Shown in pieces: positions 1 to 8,265 of a stretch of DNA of 32,000 nucleotides. The notes below the pieces were generated by a model. The model made no database searches and was not told the DNA's origin. It was given only the letters and a program-made list of their open reading frames with translations. This DNA is from Candidatus Poseidoniaceae archaeon (GTDB lineage Archaea > Thermoplasmatota > Poseidoniia > Poseidoniales > Poseidoniaceae), in NCBI GenBank assembly GCA_943789275.1, contig CALSTM010000003.1, positions 510,001-542,000 on the forward strand, given 5' to 3'. The translations under genes and the position numbers were made by a program. Positions within the stretch are counted from its first letter, which is position 1. Each line of letters starts with the position of its first letter.

Positions 1-1002
1 GAAATCGGGTCCTGACCATGCGTGGTACGGGAACGGCTCACCAGTTTCTTTCATAGCAGGCCAGGATATCCCCATCATATCCATATTGATATAGAATCGA
101 AGTTCCTTGTCCTTTGGAAGGCAATAGTCGCAATCGTTGTTCGCAAAGGCGTTTGATCCTCGCAATCCTTCTTCTTCTGATGACCACAGCGCGAGGAAGG
201 TATCGCATTCGAATTGTATATCAACAAACGCCCGAGCAAAAAGCATCATCGAAACGGTTCCGGCATTGTTGTCGTAGGCTCCTTCGTATGTGCCACCGCC
301 AGGTGGTCCACCAGGGGGTGCGATGTCCATGTGGGCGCCCATGCCTTGAACGCAGTCGTCATTTCGACCCTCTTTCCAAGCGATGATGTTGAGGGATTCA
401 GGTTCGGCGGGATTGAGGTGGTCTGTCACTCGCATGATGTTGGCTTCATATCCCAATCCTTCGAAGTGCCCGTGGAAGTAGCTTGCGGCACGTTCAAACG
501 CTGGATTTGGCGAGCCCATCCATCGGTTCACATATCCACCGCATTGACTTGAATCCGTACAAACGGAGAGGATGAAATCCATTTTCTGAAACCAGTCCTC
601 GCCGTTGACAATAGGCGTTCCGTTCTCCACTTCAAGGTCGACAGCGGAGCCGGTTCCATCGGCGTACACCAAGGTGAGTGTGGTTGAGGTTACGTAAGGG
701 GTTGTGAGGATTTTGCCGTTGAGTAATTCCCCACCTTGGACTTGTATGACGCCAAGTGGCACAATACTGTTGTCGACAAACAGCAAGACATCTTCAGGAA
801 CAACCAGCCGAGTGCCTTCGCCTTCAAGGGTGAAGGTATGCCACTCACCGCTTCGAAGAGGTGTGTCTCCAGCCGGTGCAAAGTCAATGAAGAGGACTTC
901 ACTGGCATCCAATGGTTCAGATTCGTTTTCGCCAAAGCAACCTGCTAACGGCGCCATGAGCATGAGTGCGATGAGTGAAAAAGCATAGATTGAGCGAGAC
1001 AT
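1..1002 (-). CDS. M28-family zinc aminopeptidase, predicted lipoprotein (3' end runs off the window start)
   Basis: Absent from the ORF track because it has no stop inside the window. My translation of the reverse strand from ATG 1002-1000 stays open to base 1 (334 codons). It begins MSRSIYAFSLIALMLMAPLAGCFGENE (signal peptide + LAGC lipobox). It then carries GAHMDIAPPGG, AYDNNAGTVSMMLFARAF and ALWSSEEEGLRGSNAF, the metal-ligand blocks typical of M28 peptidases. The + strand track ORFs at 114-988 overlap it and look like shadow ORFs. Confidence 0.75.
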   Translation of the reverse strand, partial: MSRSIYAFSLIALMLMAPLAGCFGENESEPLDASEVLFIDFAPAGDTPLRSGEWHTFTLEGEGTRLVVPEDVLLFVDNSIVPLGVIQVQGGELLNGKILTTPYVTSTTLTLVYADGTGSAVDLEVENGTPIVNGEDWFQKMDFILSVCTDSSQCGGYVNRWMGSPNPAFERAASYFHGHFEGLGYEANIMRVTDHLNPAEPESLNIIAWKEGRNDDCVQGMGAHMDIAPPGGPPGGGTYEGAYDNNAGTVSMMLFARAFVDIQFECDTFLALWSSEEEGLRGSNAFANNDCDYCLPKDKELRFYINMDMMGISWPAMKETGEPFPYHAWSGPDF

Positions 1003-1159
1003 GGTGACCCTCATTTTCAGCCCACAGTTCGCTCTTCTTATGGCTTCGCCTTTCGTGGGCTCAACCAACGCAGTGGTGCAGTGCATTTCGTGACCTTCAT
1101 ATAGGGTGACTTTCACGGCAGTATGTAACCGATGGTTCAGTAGTCAAGGAGGGCATCCA

Positions 1160-1888
1160 ATGGCAGACAAAGATAATTTTGAAGAAAAATTGCTTGAACA
1201 ACTCACTGAAATGTTCAGAAACATGGGCATGAACCTCGACAAAGAACAGATTCGTACGCTTATGGAACAGTTCCGTTCTCAGTTTGAAAACCTTGGACTT
1301 GATGCTGAGAAAATTGCTAAAGGCGATGTCAACTTCAATTTCGACCTTTCACAACTCGGTAAAATGTTTGAGAAGGGGAAGTCAATTGAAGACATCCTGC
1401 AAAATTTCGGTGTCGATGTACAAGTTGATGCCAACCCTATCGAAGTGAATACTCCTGAAATGAACGATTCCAAGAACGCCAGCGATGAAGTGTACACCCT
1501 CCCCGCTGACGACGTATATCTCGACGGATGGAACATGTCGGTCACCATTGACTTCACCTTGAAGGGAGAAGTTGAGGAAACGGATGTCGAGATGTCTCTT
1601 GTTCGCGACGGGCAACAACTCGAAATCATGAACCCCACTCAAACCTCACCCCTTGCACGGGTTGAACTTCCTCATCCTTGCGATGAGGTGGTCGAATGGA
1701 GCCTTAACAACGGAATCCTGGATGTCACTCTCAAACTTACACCTCAAGGCTCTGCACTACCAGCGCCTGTGAAGGGTGATGATGATGATGACGATAATGA
1801 TGATGAAACTCCGGGCTTTTCAGACGCCAGCATCGATGTCGGAGACGACAAAGACGATGATGACGACGGTGGAATCCCAATCTTTTGA
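1160..1888 (+). CDS. Acidic Hsp20/alpha-crystallin-like (sHSP-like) protein with poly-Asp linker and C-terminal IPI motif
   Basis: The track ORF is 1106-1888 (GTG start). I prefer ATG 1160 because AGGAGGG lies at 1147-1153, 6 nt upstream. The C-terminal half ([77 protein letters not shown]) follows the sHSP beta-sandwich pattern. The tail [10 protein letters not shown]...[14 protein letters not shown] ends in the I-x-I anchoring motif of sHSPs. The N-terminal ~100 aa are helical with no family recognised. The family call is by eye only. Confidence 0.6.
   Translation: MADKDNFEEKLLEQLTEMFRNMGMNLDKEQIRTLMEQFRSQFENLGLDAEKIAKGDVNFNFDLSQLGKMFEKGKSIEDILQNFGVDVQVDANPIEVNTPEMNDSKNASDEVYTLPADDVYLDGWNMSVTIDFTLKGEVEETDVEMSLVRDGQQLEIMNPTQTSPLARVELPHPCDEVVEWSLNNGILDVTLKLTPQGSALPAPVKGDDDDDDNDDETPGFSDASIDVGDDKDDDDDGGIPIF
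1778..1807 (+). repeat. In-frame GAT-rich trinucleotide tract (GAT GAT GAT GAT GAC GAT AAT GAT GAT GAA) encoding the poly-Asp linker; a second GAC/GAT run lies at 1844-1867
   Basis: Read directly from the sequence, inside the sHSP-like CDS and in its reading frame. Confidence 0.8.
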
Positions 1889-1905
1889 TGAAGGAAGTGA
1901 AAAAA

Positions 1906-3798
1906 ATGAGTAAAGTAATAGGAATAGATCTAGGAACAACAAACAGCTGTGTCGCAACCATCGAAAACGGAGAACCCGTCGTTATTGCTAACGCAGAAGG
2001 CGCACGAACAACCCCCTCCGTCGTTGCATTTGCAAAAGACGGTAGCGAACGCATGATTGGTGTAACCGCCAAGCGACAAGCGGTCACCAACACCGAACGA
2101 ACCCTCTTGTCGGTCAAGCGACACATGGGGACGGATTGGAAAACGACCATCGATGATACAGATTATACGCCTCAAGAGATTTCAGCATTTATCCTTCAAA
2201 AGTTGAAGGCTGATGCGGAAGCATACTTGGGTCACGAGGTGAAGCAAGCGGTCATCACTTGTCCTGCTTACTTTACCGATGCACAACGAACAGCGACCAA
2301 AGACGCTGGTCGAATCGCAGGTCTTGAAGTTCTTCGAATCATCAACGAACCGACCGCAGCAGCACTTGCTTACGGTGTCGATAAGGGTGAAGACCAAACC
2401 ATTCTGGTTTACGATTTGGGCGGTGGAACTTTTGACGTTTCTGTTCTTGAAATCTATCAAGTTGACGGCCAGCCACAAATTGAAGTCAAAGCAACTGCCG
2501 GTAACAACAAGCTCGGTGGCGACGACTTCGACGACCAAGTGATTGACTGGATGGTCGCAGAATTCAAGCGCGATACGGGCATTGACTTGTCGAAAGACGC
2601 TCAAGCCATGTCCCGCCTAAAGGAAGCGGCTGAAAAGGCTAAAATCGAACTGTCCGGGACACAACAAACGCAAATCAACCTCCCGTTCATCACCATGCGT
2701 GACGGACAACCAGAACACATGGACATGACGCTCAGCCGAGCCAAGTTCGAAGACCTCATCTCCAAACACATCGAAGCAACAATGGGTCCAACCCGTCAAG
2801 CAATGAAAGATGCCGGGGTCAAGAAGGGCGATGTCGATAAAGTCATCCTCGTTGGCGGTTCAACACGGGTTCCAGCCGTTCAAGAAGCGGTCGAGAAGGA
2901 AGCCGGTAAGGCACCTTACAAAGGCATCAATCCCGACGAAGCAGTGGCCATGGGTGCTGCACTTCAAGCAGGAATCATTTCCGGCGATGAAGGCGTTTCT
3001 GACATTCTCTTGCTTGATGTTACACCGTTGACTTTGGGAATCGAGACGCTCGGTGGCGTGATGACGACCATGATTGAGCGCAACACAACCATCCCTGCTC
3101 GACGTTCGGAAATCTACTCGACAGCATCCGATAACCAACCTGCAGTGACCATTCACGTTCTTCAAGGCGAGCGAAACTTTGCCAAAGATAACGTCACGCT
3201 TGGTGAATTCACACTCATGGGTATTCCGGCGGCACCTCGTGGAACGCCACAAATTGAGGTTACCTTTGACATCGATGCAAACGGTATTGTCAACGTGAGT
3301 GCTAAGGACATGGGGACAGGTAAGGAACAGTCGGTTAAGATCGAATCCCAAACCTCTCTGTCTGAAGACGAAATCCAAGCGAAAATCAGTGAAGCAGAGA
3401 AATTCGCTGAAGAAGACCAACTTCGAAAGGCGAAAGTTGAACTGCGCAACATGGCAGACCAAGTTGTCTACCAGACCCGTCGAACGCTTGACGAATCTGC
3501 TGACAAACTTGACGATGCTGAAGTTGACCCGGTCAGGGAACACCTCGACGCTCTCGAAAAGATGGTCCAAGACGAGGATGGAAAACCACTCGACATCGAC
3601 TCTATTGACGATGCGGCTATCCAAGCCAAGGTCAAGGAAGTGGAAGAAGCCATGCATGCTGTTTCAGCGAAACTCTACGAAGCTGCTGCTGCTGAAATGG
3701 CAGAACAAGACGGTTCTTCAGAAGACGGAGACATCAACGTCGGTGGCGATGATGTGGTCGATGCAGACTTCGAAGTGGTCGAAGACGACGAAGACTGA
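1906..3798 (+). CDS. dnaK: Hsp70 chaperone DnaK
   Basis: Carries [44 protein letters not shown] and the C-terminal [20 protein letters not shown] 1906 is preceded by GGAAGTGA (1893-1900) and matches the usual DnaK N-terminus. The track ORF starts at TTG 1885 / ATG 1888, which overlaps the upstream stop (TGATG). Confidence 0.97.
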   Translation: MSKVIGIDLGTTNSCVATIENGEPVVIANAEGARTTPSVVAFAKDGSERMIGVTAKRQAVTNTERTLLSVKRHMGTDWKTTIDDTDYTPQEISAFILQKLKADAEAYLGHEVKQAVITCPAYFTDAQRTATKDAGRIAGLEVLRIINEPTAAALAYGVDKGEDQTILVYDLGGGTFDVSVLEIYQVDGQPQIEVKATAGNNKLGGDDFDDQVIDWMVAEFKRDTGIDLSKDAQAMSRLKEAAEKAKIELSGTQQTQINLPFITMRDGQPEHMDMTLSRAKFEDLISKHIEATMGPTRQAMKDAGVKKGDVDKVILVGGSTRVPAVQEAVEKEAGKAPYKGINPDEAVAMGAALQAGIISGDEGVSDILLLDVTPLTLGIETLGGVMTTMIERNTTIPARRSEIYSTASDNQPAVTIHVLQGERNFAKDNVTLGEFTLMGIPAAPRGTPQIEVTFDIDANGIVNVSAKDMGTGKEQSVKIESQTSLSEDEIQAKISEAEKFAEEDQLRKAKVELRNMADQVVYQTRRTLDESADKLDDAEVDPVREHLDALEKMVQDEDGKPLDIDSIDDAAIQAKVKEVEEAMHAVSAKLYEAAAAEMAEQDGSSEDGDINVGGDDVVDADFEVVEDDED

Positions 3799-3849
3799 GT
3801 CTTGCTCAGCCATAGTTGACCTTATGTCGAAGAGTTGGGTGGGCGTGCT

Positions 3850-5439
3850 ATGAGCGATGCGCCACTGCTCCGAGACACCGAGCGTACAACAGGTCGCAGT
3901 GCTCTTCAAAACAACATTCAGGCGGCAATGGCACTTGCGGGTGCGGTACGCTCAACCCTTGGACCACGAGGGCTTGACAAATTGCTCATTGACGACGATG
4001 GACGGACCCTGGTCACCAACGATGGCGTCACCGTTCTTGAGTCTGCCAAAGTCGAACACCCCGTGGCTCGAATGATGATCAATGCTTCATCTGTTCAAGA
4101 TAAGATTGCTCGGGATGGAACAACATCAACCGTTCTTCTGTCTGCTGAAATGCTTCAAAATGCGTGGCATTTGGTTACGCAAGATGTTCACCCATCCGTT
4201 ATTGCTCGAGGTTTTCGAATGGCAGAAACGCACGTTCACGAGATTTTGGATGAGTTTGCGCTCACATCCGATCATCAACATCGATTGATGGCGACGCAAA
4301 CTTCGCTGGCTGGAAAAGGACATCATTCCATGCAAGTTCTGCTTGCTGAACTTGCCGTCGAGGCTGCTGAAACGATTCATGTTCGAACACCTGAAGGCGT
4401 CGTTGCTGACCCAACACGTGTCAAGGTTCTGCCGCAGTCCGGTGGCAGCATCGGTGATACTCGATTGGTCACTGGATTGGTTCTTGCCAAAAACCGCATT
4501 CATGACGACATGCCTCGCTCAATCGGTGCGGGAAAAATTCTTCTTGTCGATGGAGGAATCGAACGGCGTTCGATGAAGAGCGATATGAAAATTAACGTTA
4601 CTTCTCCTGGCGTATTGGAAAGTTTCAGGGCCAAAGAAGTCGAGTTGCTGACCGCACAGGTCGAGCATCTCAAGTCCCTTGGGATTCGTCTTTTGGCTTG
4701 TAAAGAAGGAATTGATGATGAGGCACGTATTTTATTGGCTCAAGCAGGTATTCAAGCGTTCCGAAGGGTCGCTCGTTCGGACCTAGACCTCCTTGCCCGT
4801 GGTTGTGGAGCAACGCTGGTCAGCGAAGTCAAGCGCGCACACAGCCGAGACCTTGGTGCCTTTATATCGAGCAAAAACGAGAACTGGTCCGGTGTTTCCC
4901 ATTGGATTGTGCAGACTGAAGAAGGCGGTGCGACATTGATTGCTTGCGGCAGTACAGAAACGGTGATTGGTGAAGTGGAACGCAGTTTTGCAGATGCTCT
5001 TGGCGTAGCATGTCGAATGCTCGAAGACGATCGGTTACTTGCTGGAGGCGGAGCGACGCATGTGGCTCTTGCCCGGCGTTTGCGAAGGTTTGCTGAATCC
5101 ATTCCTGGCCGTGAACAACTTGGTGCAGAAGCCTTTGCAGATGCACTTGAAGTGATTCCTCGCGTTTTGGCAGAGAATGCTGGACTGGACCCAATTGACA
5201 CCCTTTTGAAATTGGTGGCTCAGCAAGTGAACGGTGGGGATGATGCTCATCAAATTGGCCTTAACGTCCTTGAACGCCAACCAGCGAACATGATTGAAAA
5301 CGGAGTATTGGAACCGTATCTTATTGCACGTCAGTCGATTGCTGGTGCAACTGAAGCAGCCATTTCGATTCTTCGAATAGACGATGTATTGTGGGCTAAG
5401 CAAGACCCATCGATGCCAGATATCCCTGAAATGGAATAG
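3850..5439 (+). CDS. ths: Thermosome subunit (group II chaperonin, Cpn60/TCP-1 family), divergent
   Basis: Group II chaperonin equatorial blocks are present: GPRGLDKLLIDDDGRTLVTNDGVTVL, RDGTTSTVLL, VIGEVERSFADALGV, LLAGGGATHVALARRL and LEPYLIARQSIAGATEAAISILRIDDVL. The track start is TTG 3835; the first ATG is 3850 (MSDAPLL). Confidence 0.9.
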   Translation: MSDAPLLRDTERTTGRSALQNNIQAAMALAGAVRSTLGPRGLDKLLIDDDGRTLVTNDGVTVLESAKVEHPVARMMINASSVQDKIARDGTTSTVLLSAEMLQNAWHLVTQDVHPSVIARGFRMAETHVHEILDEFALTSDHQHRLMATQTSLAGKGHHSMQVLLAELAVEAAETIHVRTPEGVVADPTRVKVLPQSGGSIGDTRLVTGLVLAKNRIHDDMPRSIGAGKILLVDGGIERRSMKSDMKINVTSPGVLESFRAKEVELLTAQVEHLKSLGIRLLACKEGIDDEARILLAQAGIQAFRRVARSDLDLLARGCGATLVSEVKRAHSRDLGAFISSKNENWSGVSHWIVQTEEGGATLIACGSTETVIGEVERSFADALGVACRMLEDDRLLAGGGATHVALARRLRRFAESIPGREQLGAEAFADALEVIPRVLAENAGLDPIDTLLKLVAQQVNGGDDAHQIGLNVLERQPANMIENGVLEPYLIARQSIAGATEAAISILRIDDVLWAKQDPSMPDIPEME

Positions 5440-5511
5440 GTATTGAAACACACATTACCTCTCTATGAATGGGTAGTTGTTTCAAATAGGGGCCGAAGAA
5501 AGACAACTTTG

Positions 5512-7083
5512 ATGGGAACAGACGGTCAAACCTGTGTAGGTATCGACGACATTGCAATTCATTTTCCTCGATTGTACATGGACATGAAGGATTTTGCTGA
5601 ACTGCGTGGAGCAGACTTTGGCAAACTCAACAAGGGTCTTGGCCTTGAAGCAATGGCTATTCCAGACGTCCACGAAGATACTGCTACCATGGGCGCAATG
5701 GCCGTTATGCAAATCATTGACCGGAACGGATTGGACCCAAATAACATCGGTCGAATGTACCTCGGAACAGAATCTGCTCTTGACGGTGCCAAACCTACGG
5801 CGACCTACATTGTCGATATGCTCACCCAACGCTATCAAGACCGATACGGTGCAGATTGTTTCCGAAATTGCGATGTTGTTGACATGACCTTTGCTTGCAT
5901 CGGTGCTGTTGATGCAATGCACACAACGCTCGATTGGGTCGCCCGTTCAACCGAACACGACGAACGGACAGGAATCGTAATTTTTTCTGACAACGCAAAA
6001 TACGCTTTGGAATCTTCTGGAGAGTACACGCAAGGAGCTGGCGGTGGCGCATTGCTCATTCGTCGTAACCCTCGTCTGCTTGAGATTCCAGATTGCATCG
6101 GCGTATCGACGACCCCAGTTCACGATTTCTTCAAGCCTCGCCGAGAGGTCAGTATTCGTTCGGTGATTACCAACGTTTTGCAACTTGCCCAAGAAACCGG
6201 TCAGACCATGAAGAAGGGATTGATTGAGAGAATGATTCGCCACCTACCTGAATCCACCGTTCGTAAATTGGGTATTTTTGCTCACGGTGAAGAAAAGGTC
6301 AGCGTCCATCGAGACGAACCAATTTTTGACGGACAATTCTCCAATCGTTGCTACCAATCAGCTGTTCGCCAAGCGTTCCACAATTTTGCTGAGAAGGCAG
6401 AAAAGCAAGGCCGATATACACACGGTGAAGATGAGAGGTTGACAGAACAGTGGTCTCGAATCATCATGCACTTACCTTACGCATTCCAAGCCAAGCGAAT
6501 GTTCCCCGACATTTTCCGACACGACCGCGAAGGAACCGAAATGTGGGGTTCCATAGCTGAGCAACTCGGCCCAATGCCAGCAGATCATGATACCGATGAT
6601 GCACAACTCATCGAGATTTGGGAGAAAGCAATGGACGGATATCGACGTGCAATCTCCAAGACTCCAGAATACCTTAACTTCCACGCAAGTCGAATTGAGA
6701 AAGGACAGCGTGCGAGCAGTTTGATTGGAAACCAATACACCGGTTCTATTTTCCTTGCCTTGATGTCGACGTTCGAGTCTGATTTGGAAGAAAACAGCAA
6801 CCTGGACAATTTGTTGTTCGGTCTGTGCGGTTATGGCTCTGGGGCTAAAGCCAAGGTGTTTGAAGCCAAAGTTAGCCCGCGCTGGAGAGAAGTCGTTTCT
6901 CGATGGCATCTGTTTGAGCGTTTGGCTGGACGAGTCGCTATCGACCATATCACCTACGAAAACCTCCACAAGGGCTTGCAAGACGACAGCGTCGTAACGC
7001 CTCAAGGTGAATTTGCGCTGGTTGAAATCGGCGACGAAGGTGTTGACGAAGGTGCTCGACGCTACAAGTGGATTGGCGCTTAA
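5512..7083 (+). CDS. mvaS: Hydroxymethylglutaryl-CoA synthase, long bacterial/eukaryotic type
   Basis: Carries GIDDIAIHFPRLYMDMKDFAELRG, LGTESALDGAKPTA, the active-site Cys context DMTFACIGAVDAM, GAGGGALLI, MHLPYAFQAKRMF, GNQYTGSIFLAL and CGYGSGAKA. The C-terminal GEFALVEIGD..RRYKW resembles the end of eukaryotic HMGCS. The track start is TTG 5443; ATG 5512 (MGTDGQTCVGIDD) fits homologues better. Confidence 0.85.
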   Translation: MGTDGQTCVGIDDIAIHFPRLYMDMKDFAELRGADFGKLNKGLGLEAMAIPDVHEDTATMGAMAVMQIIDRNGLDPNNIGRMYLGTESALDGAKPTATYIVDMLTQRYQDRYGADCFRNCDVVDMTFACIGAVDAMHTTLDWVARSTEHDERTGIVIFSDNAKYALESSGEYTQGAGGGALLIRRNPRLLEIPDCIGVSTTPVHDFFKPRREVSIRSVITNVLQLAQETGQTMKKGLIERMIRHLPESTVRKLGIFAHGEEKVSVHRDEPIFDGQFSNRCYQSAVRQAFHNFAEKAEKQGRYTHGEDERLTEQWSRIIMHLPYAFQAKRMFPDIFRHDREGTEMWGSIAEQLGPMPADHDTDDAQLIEIWEKAMDGYRRAISKTPEYLNFHASRIEKGQRASSLIGNQYTGSIFLALMSTFESDLEENSNLDNLLFGLCGYGSGAKAKVFEAKVSPRWREVVSRWHLFERLAGRVAIDHITYENLHKGLQDDSVVTPQGEFALVEIGDEGVDEGARRYKWIGA

Positions 7084-8135
7084 TCGAAGTCCAAGACAAC
7101 TTTACCGCATTCTCCAGCAATGGCTAACTCGACGGCTTCCTCGAACGATTCAATCGGCATACGGTGTGTCAGAACGGCGTTGACATCAATCAATCCACGT
7201 TCCAAAAGGTCGTGCATGGTATCCCATGTGGACCACATTTTTCTGCCGTTGATGCCTTTGATGTGGAGGTATCGGAACACAACATCGTTCATCGGAACTT
7301 CCGGAGTAGCGTTTCCGTATACGGAGAGAATGTTGACATAGCCACCCATTCGAGTACTGTGAATGGTGTTGGCTAAGGCTTGAGGGGAGCCTGAGAACTC
7401 ACAGGAGTTGTCCACGCCTCTTCCATCGGTTGCAGCCAAGATTTCAGCGACGACGTCATCGTCTTTTCCGAGCACAAGGTCAGCTCCAAGCGTTTTTGCT
7501 AAGTCCATTCGGTAGGTGTTGTCCCAATCGACTGCAATGATTTTGTTAGCCCCCATGGCTTTTGCAGCGTTGACGGCAAACAATCCAATTGGGCCAAGAC
7601 CGTGAATGGCGACGGTTGACCCTTCGACCGGGCCACCGGTGAGGGTATGAATCGCGTTTCCAAGCGGGTCCTGTATGGACGCATGACCGGGGTCAAGCCC
7701 CTTTGGAATTGGACGGGCGTTCACTGACGGAGCCACAAAATACGGCCCGAAAGCACCGTTCGTATGCACGCCAAAGATTGAGCCGTTCTCACAGATGTGC
7801 GCATTTCCTTCGTCGCATCGAGGGCAATTCCAGCAGGCAAGGTGGCATTCAATGGCAACCAAATCGCCAATCGAATGGGATTTCACGCCAGGACCGAGAG
7901 CGACCACTTCGCCGCAGGTTTCGTGGCCGGTGATGGTTCCTAACGGTACGTTTTCACGACTCCACTGGTCCCATTTCCAAATGTGAATATCGGTACCGCA
8001 TACGGATGTCGAGTGGGTTTTAATCAGAACTTCACCTTCGCTCGGTGTTGGGACAGGGTGCTCTATTCGGCTGAAACCACCCACGGTGTCAGCAGTTTTT
8101 GTCCATGCAAGCATGGTTTCTGGAACTTCCCTCAT
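7080..8135 (-). CDS. tdh: L-threonine 3-dehydrogenase (zinc-dependent MDR family)
   Basis: Carries VLIKTHSTSVCGTDIHIWKWDQWSRENVPLGTITGHETCGEVVALG, close to the Tdh pattern ICGTDVHIYNWDEWSQ...GHE.GEVV. The structural-Zn cysteines CWNCPRCDEGNAHIC and the Rossmann motif HGLGPIGL are present. The track ORF runs to 8414, but those extra 93 aa are non-homologous and overlap the pyrG 5' region. ATG 8135 is preceded by GAGAGGGGA. ATG 8114 is an alternative start. Confidence 0.85.
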   Translation of the reverse strand: MREVPETMLAWTKTADTVGGFSRIEHPVPTPSEGEVLIKTHSTSVCGTDIHIWKWDQWSRENVPLGTITGHETCGEVVALGPGVKSHSIGDLVAIECHLACWNCPRCDEGNAHICENGSIFGVHTNGAFGPYFVAPSVNARPIPKGLDPGHASIQDPLGNAIHTLTGGPVEGSTVAIHGLGPIGLFAVNAAKAMGANKIIAVDWDNTYRMDLAKTLGADLVLGKDDDVVAEILAATDGRGVDNSCEFSGSPQALANTIHSTRMGGYVNILSVYGNATPEVPMNDVVFRYLHIKGINGRKMWSTWDTMHDLLERGLIDVNAVLTHRMPIESFEEAVELAIAGECGKVVLDFD

Positions 8136-8265
8136 GCTTCCCCTCTCTTTGGTTTCTGCGCACCCACTCTTTGATTCTTCGCTCATTTCGTCATGAGTGT
8201 CTTTTTCAATTTTGAGAGGTATGTTGATAGGGGAGGCGCGACGGCCTAAAAGCCCGTTGATGTGC

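Noticed and set aside
114-988. Several 70-112-aa + strand ORFs at the window start
   Set aside because: All lie antisense to the continuous M28 peptidase frame, which has clear family motifs. None has motifs or ribosome-binding sites.
1160-1888. Possibility that the gene upstream of dnaK is GrpE
   Set aside because: The position suggests GrpE. However, the sequence lacks the GrpE C-terminal beta-domain blocks and instead matches an Hsp20-like pattern with an I-P-I tail.
2860-3657. 265-aa ORF antisense to dnaK
   Set aside because: It is fully nested in the clearly homologous dnaK frame. Long antisense ORFs in hsp70 genes are a known codon-bias artefact, historically mis-annotated as NAD-specific glutamate dehydrogenase. 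The translated sequence is low-complexity and F/V/R-rich.
5443-5485. 8-bp inverted repeat TTGAAACA / TGTTTCAA between the thermosome and HMGCS genes
   Set aside because: The stem is short and AT-rich with a 27-nt loop and no T-run. It is expected by chance in AT-rich spacers.
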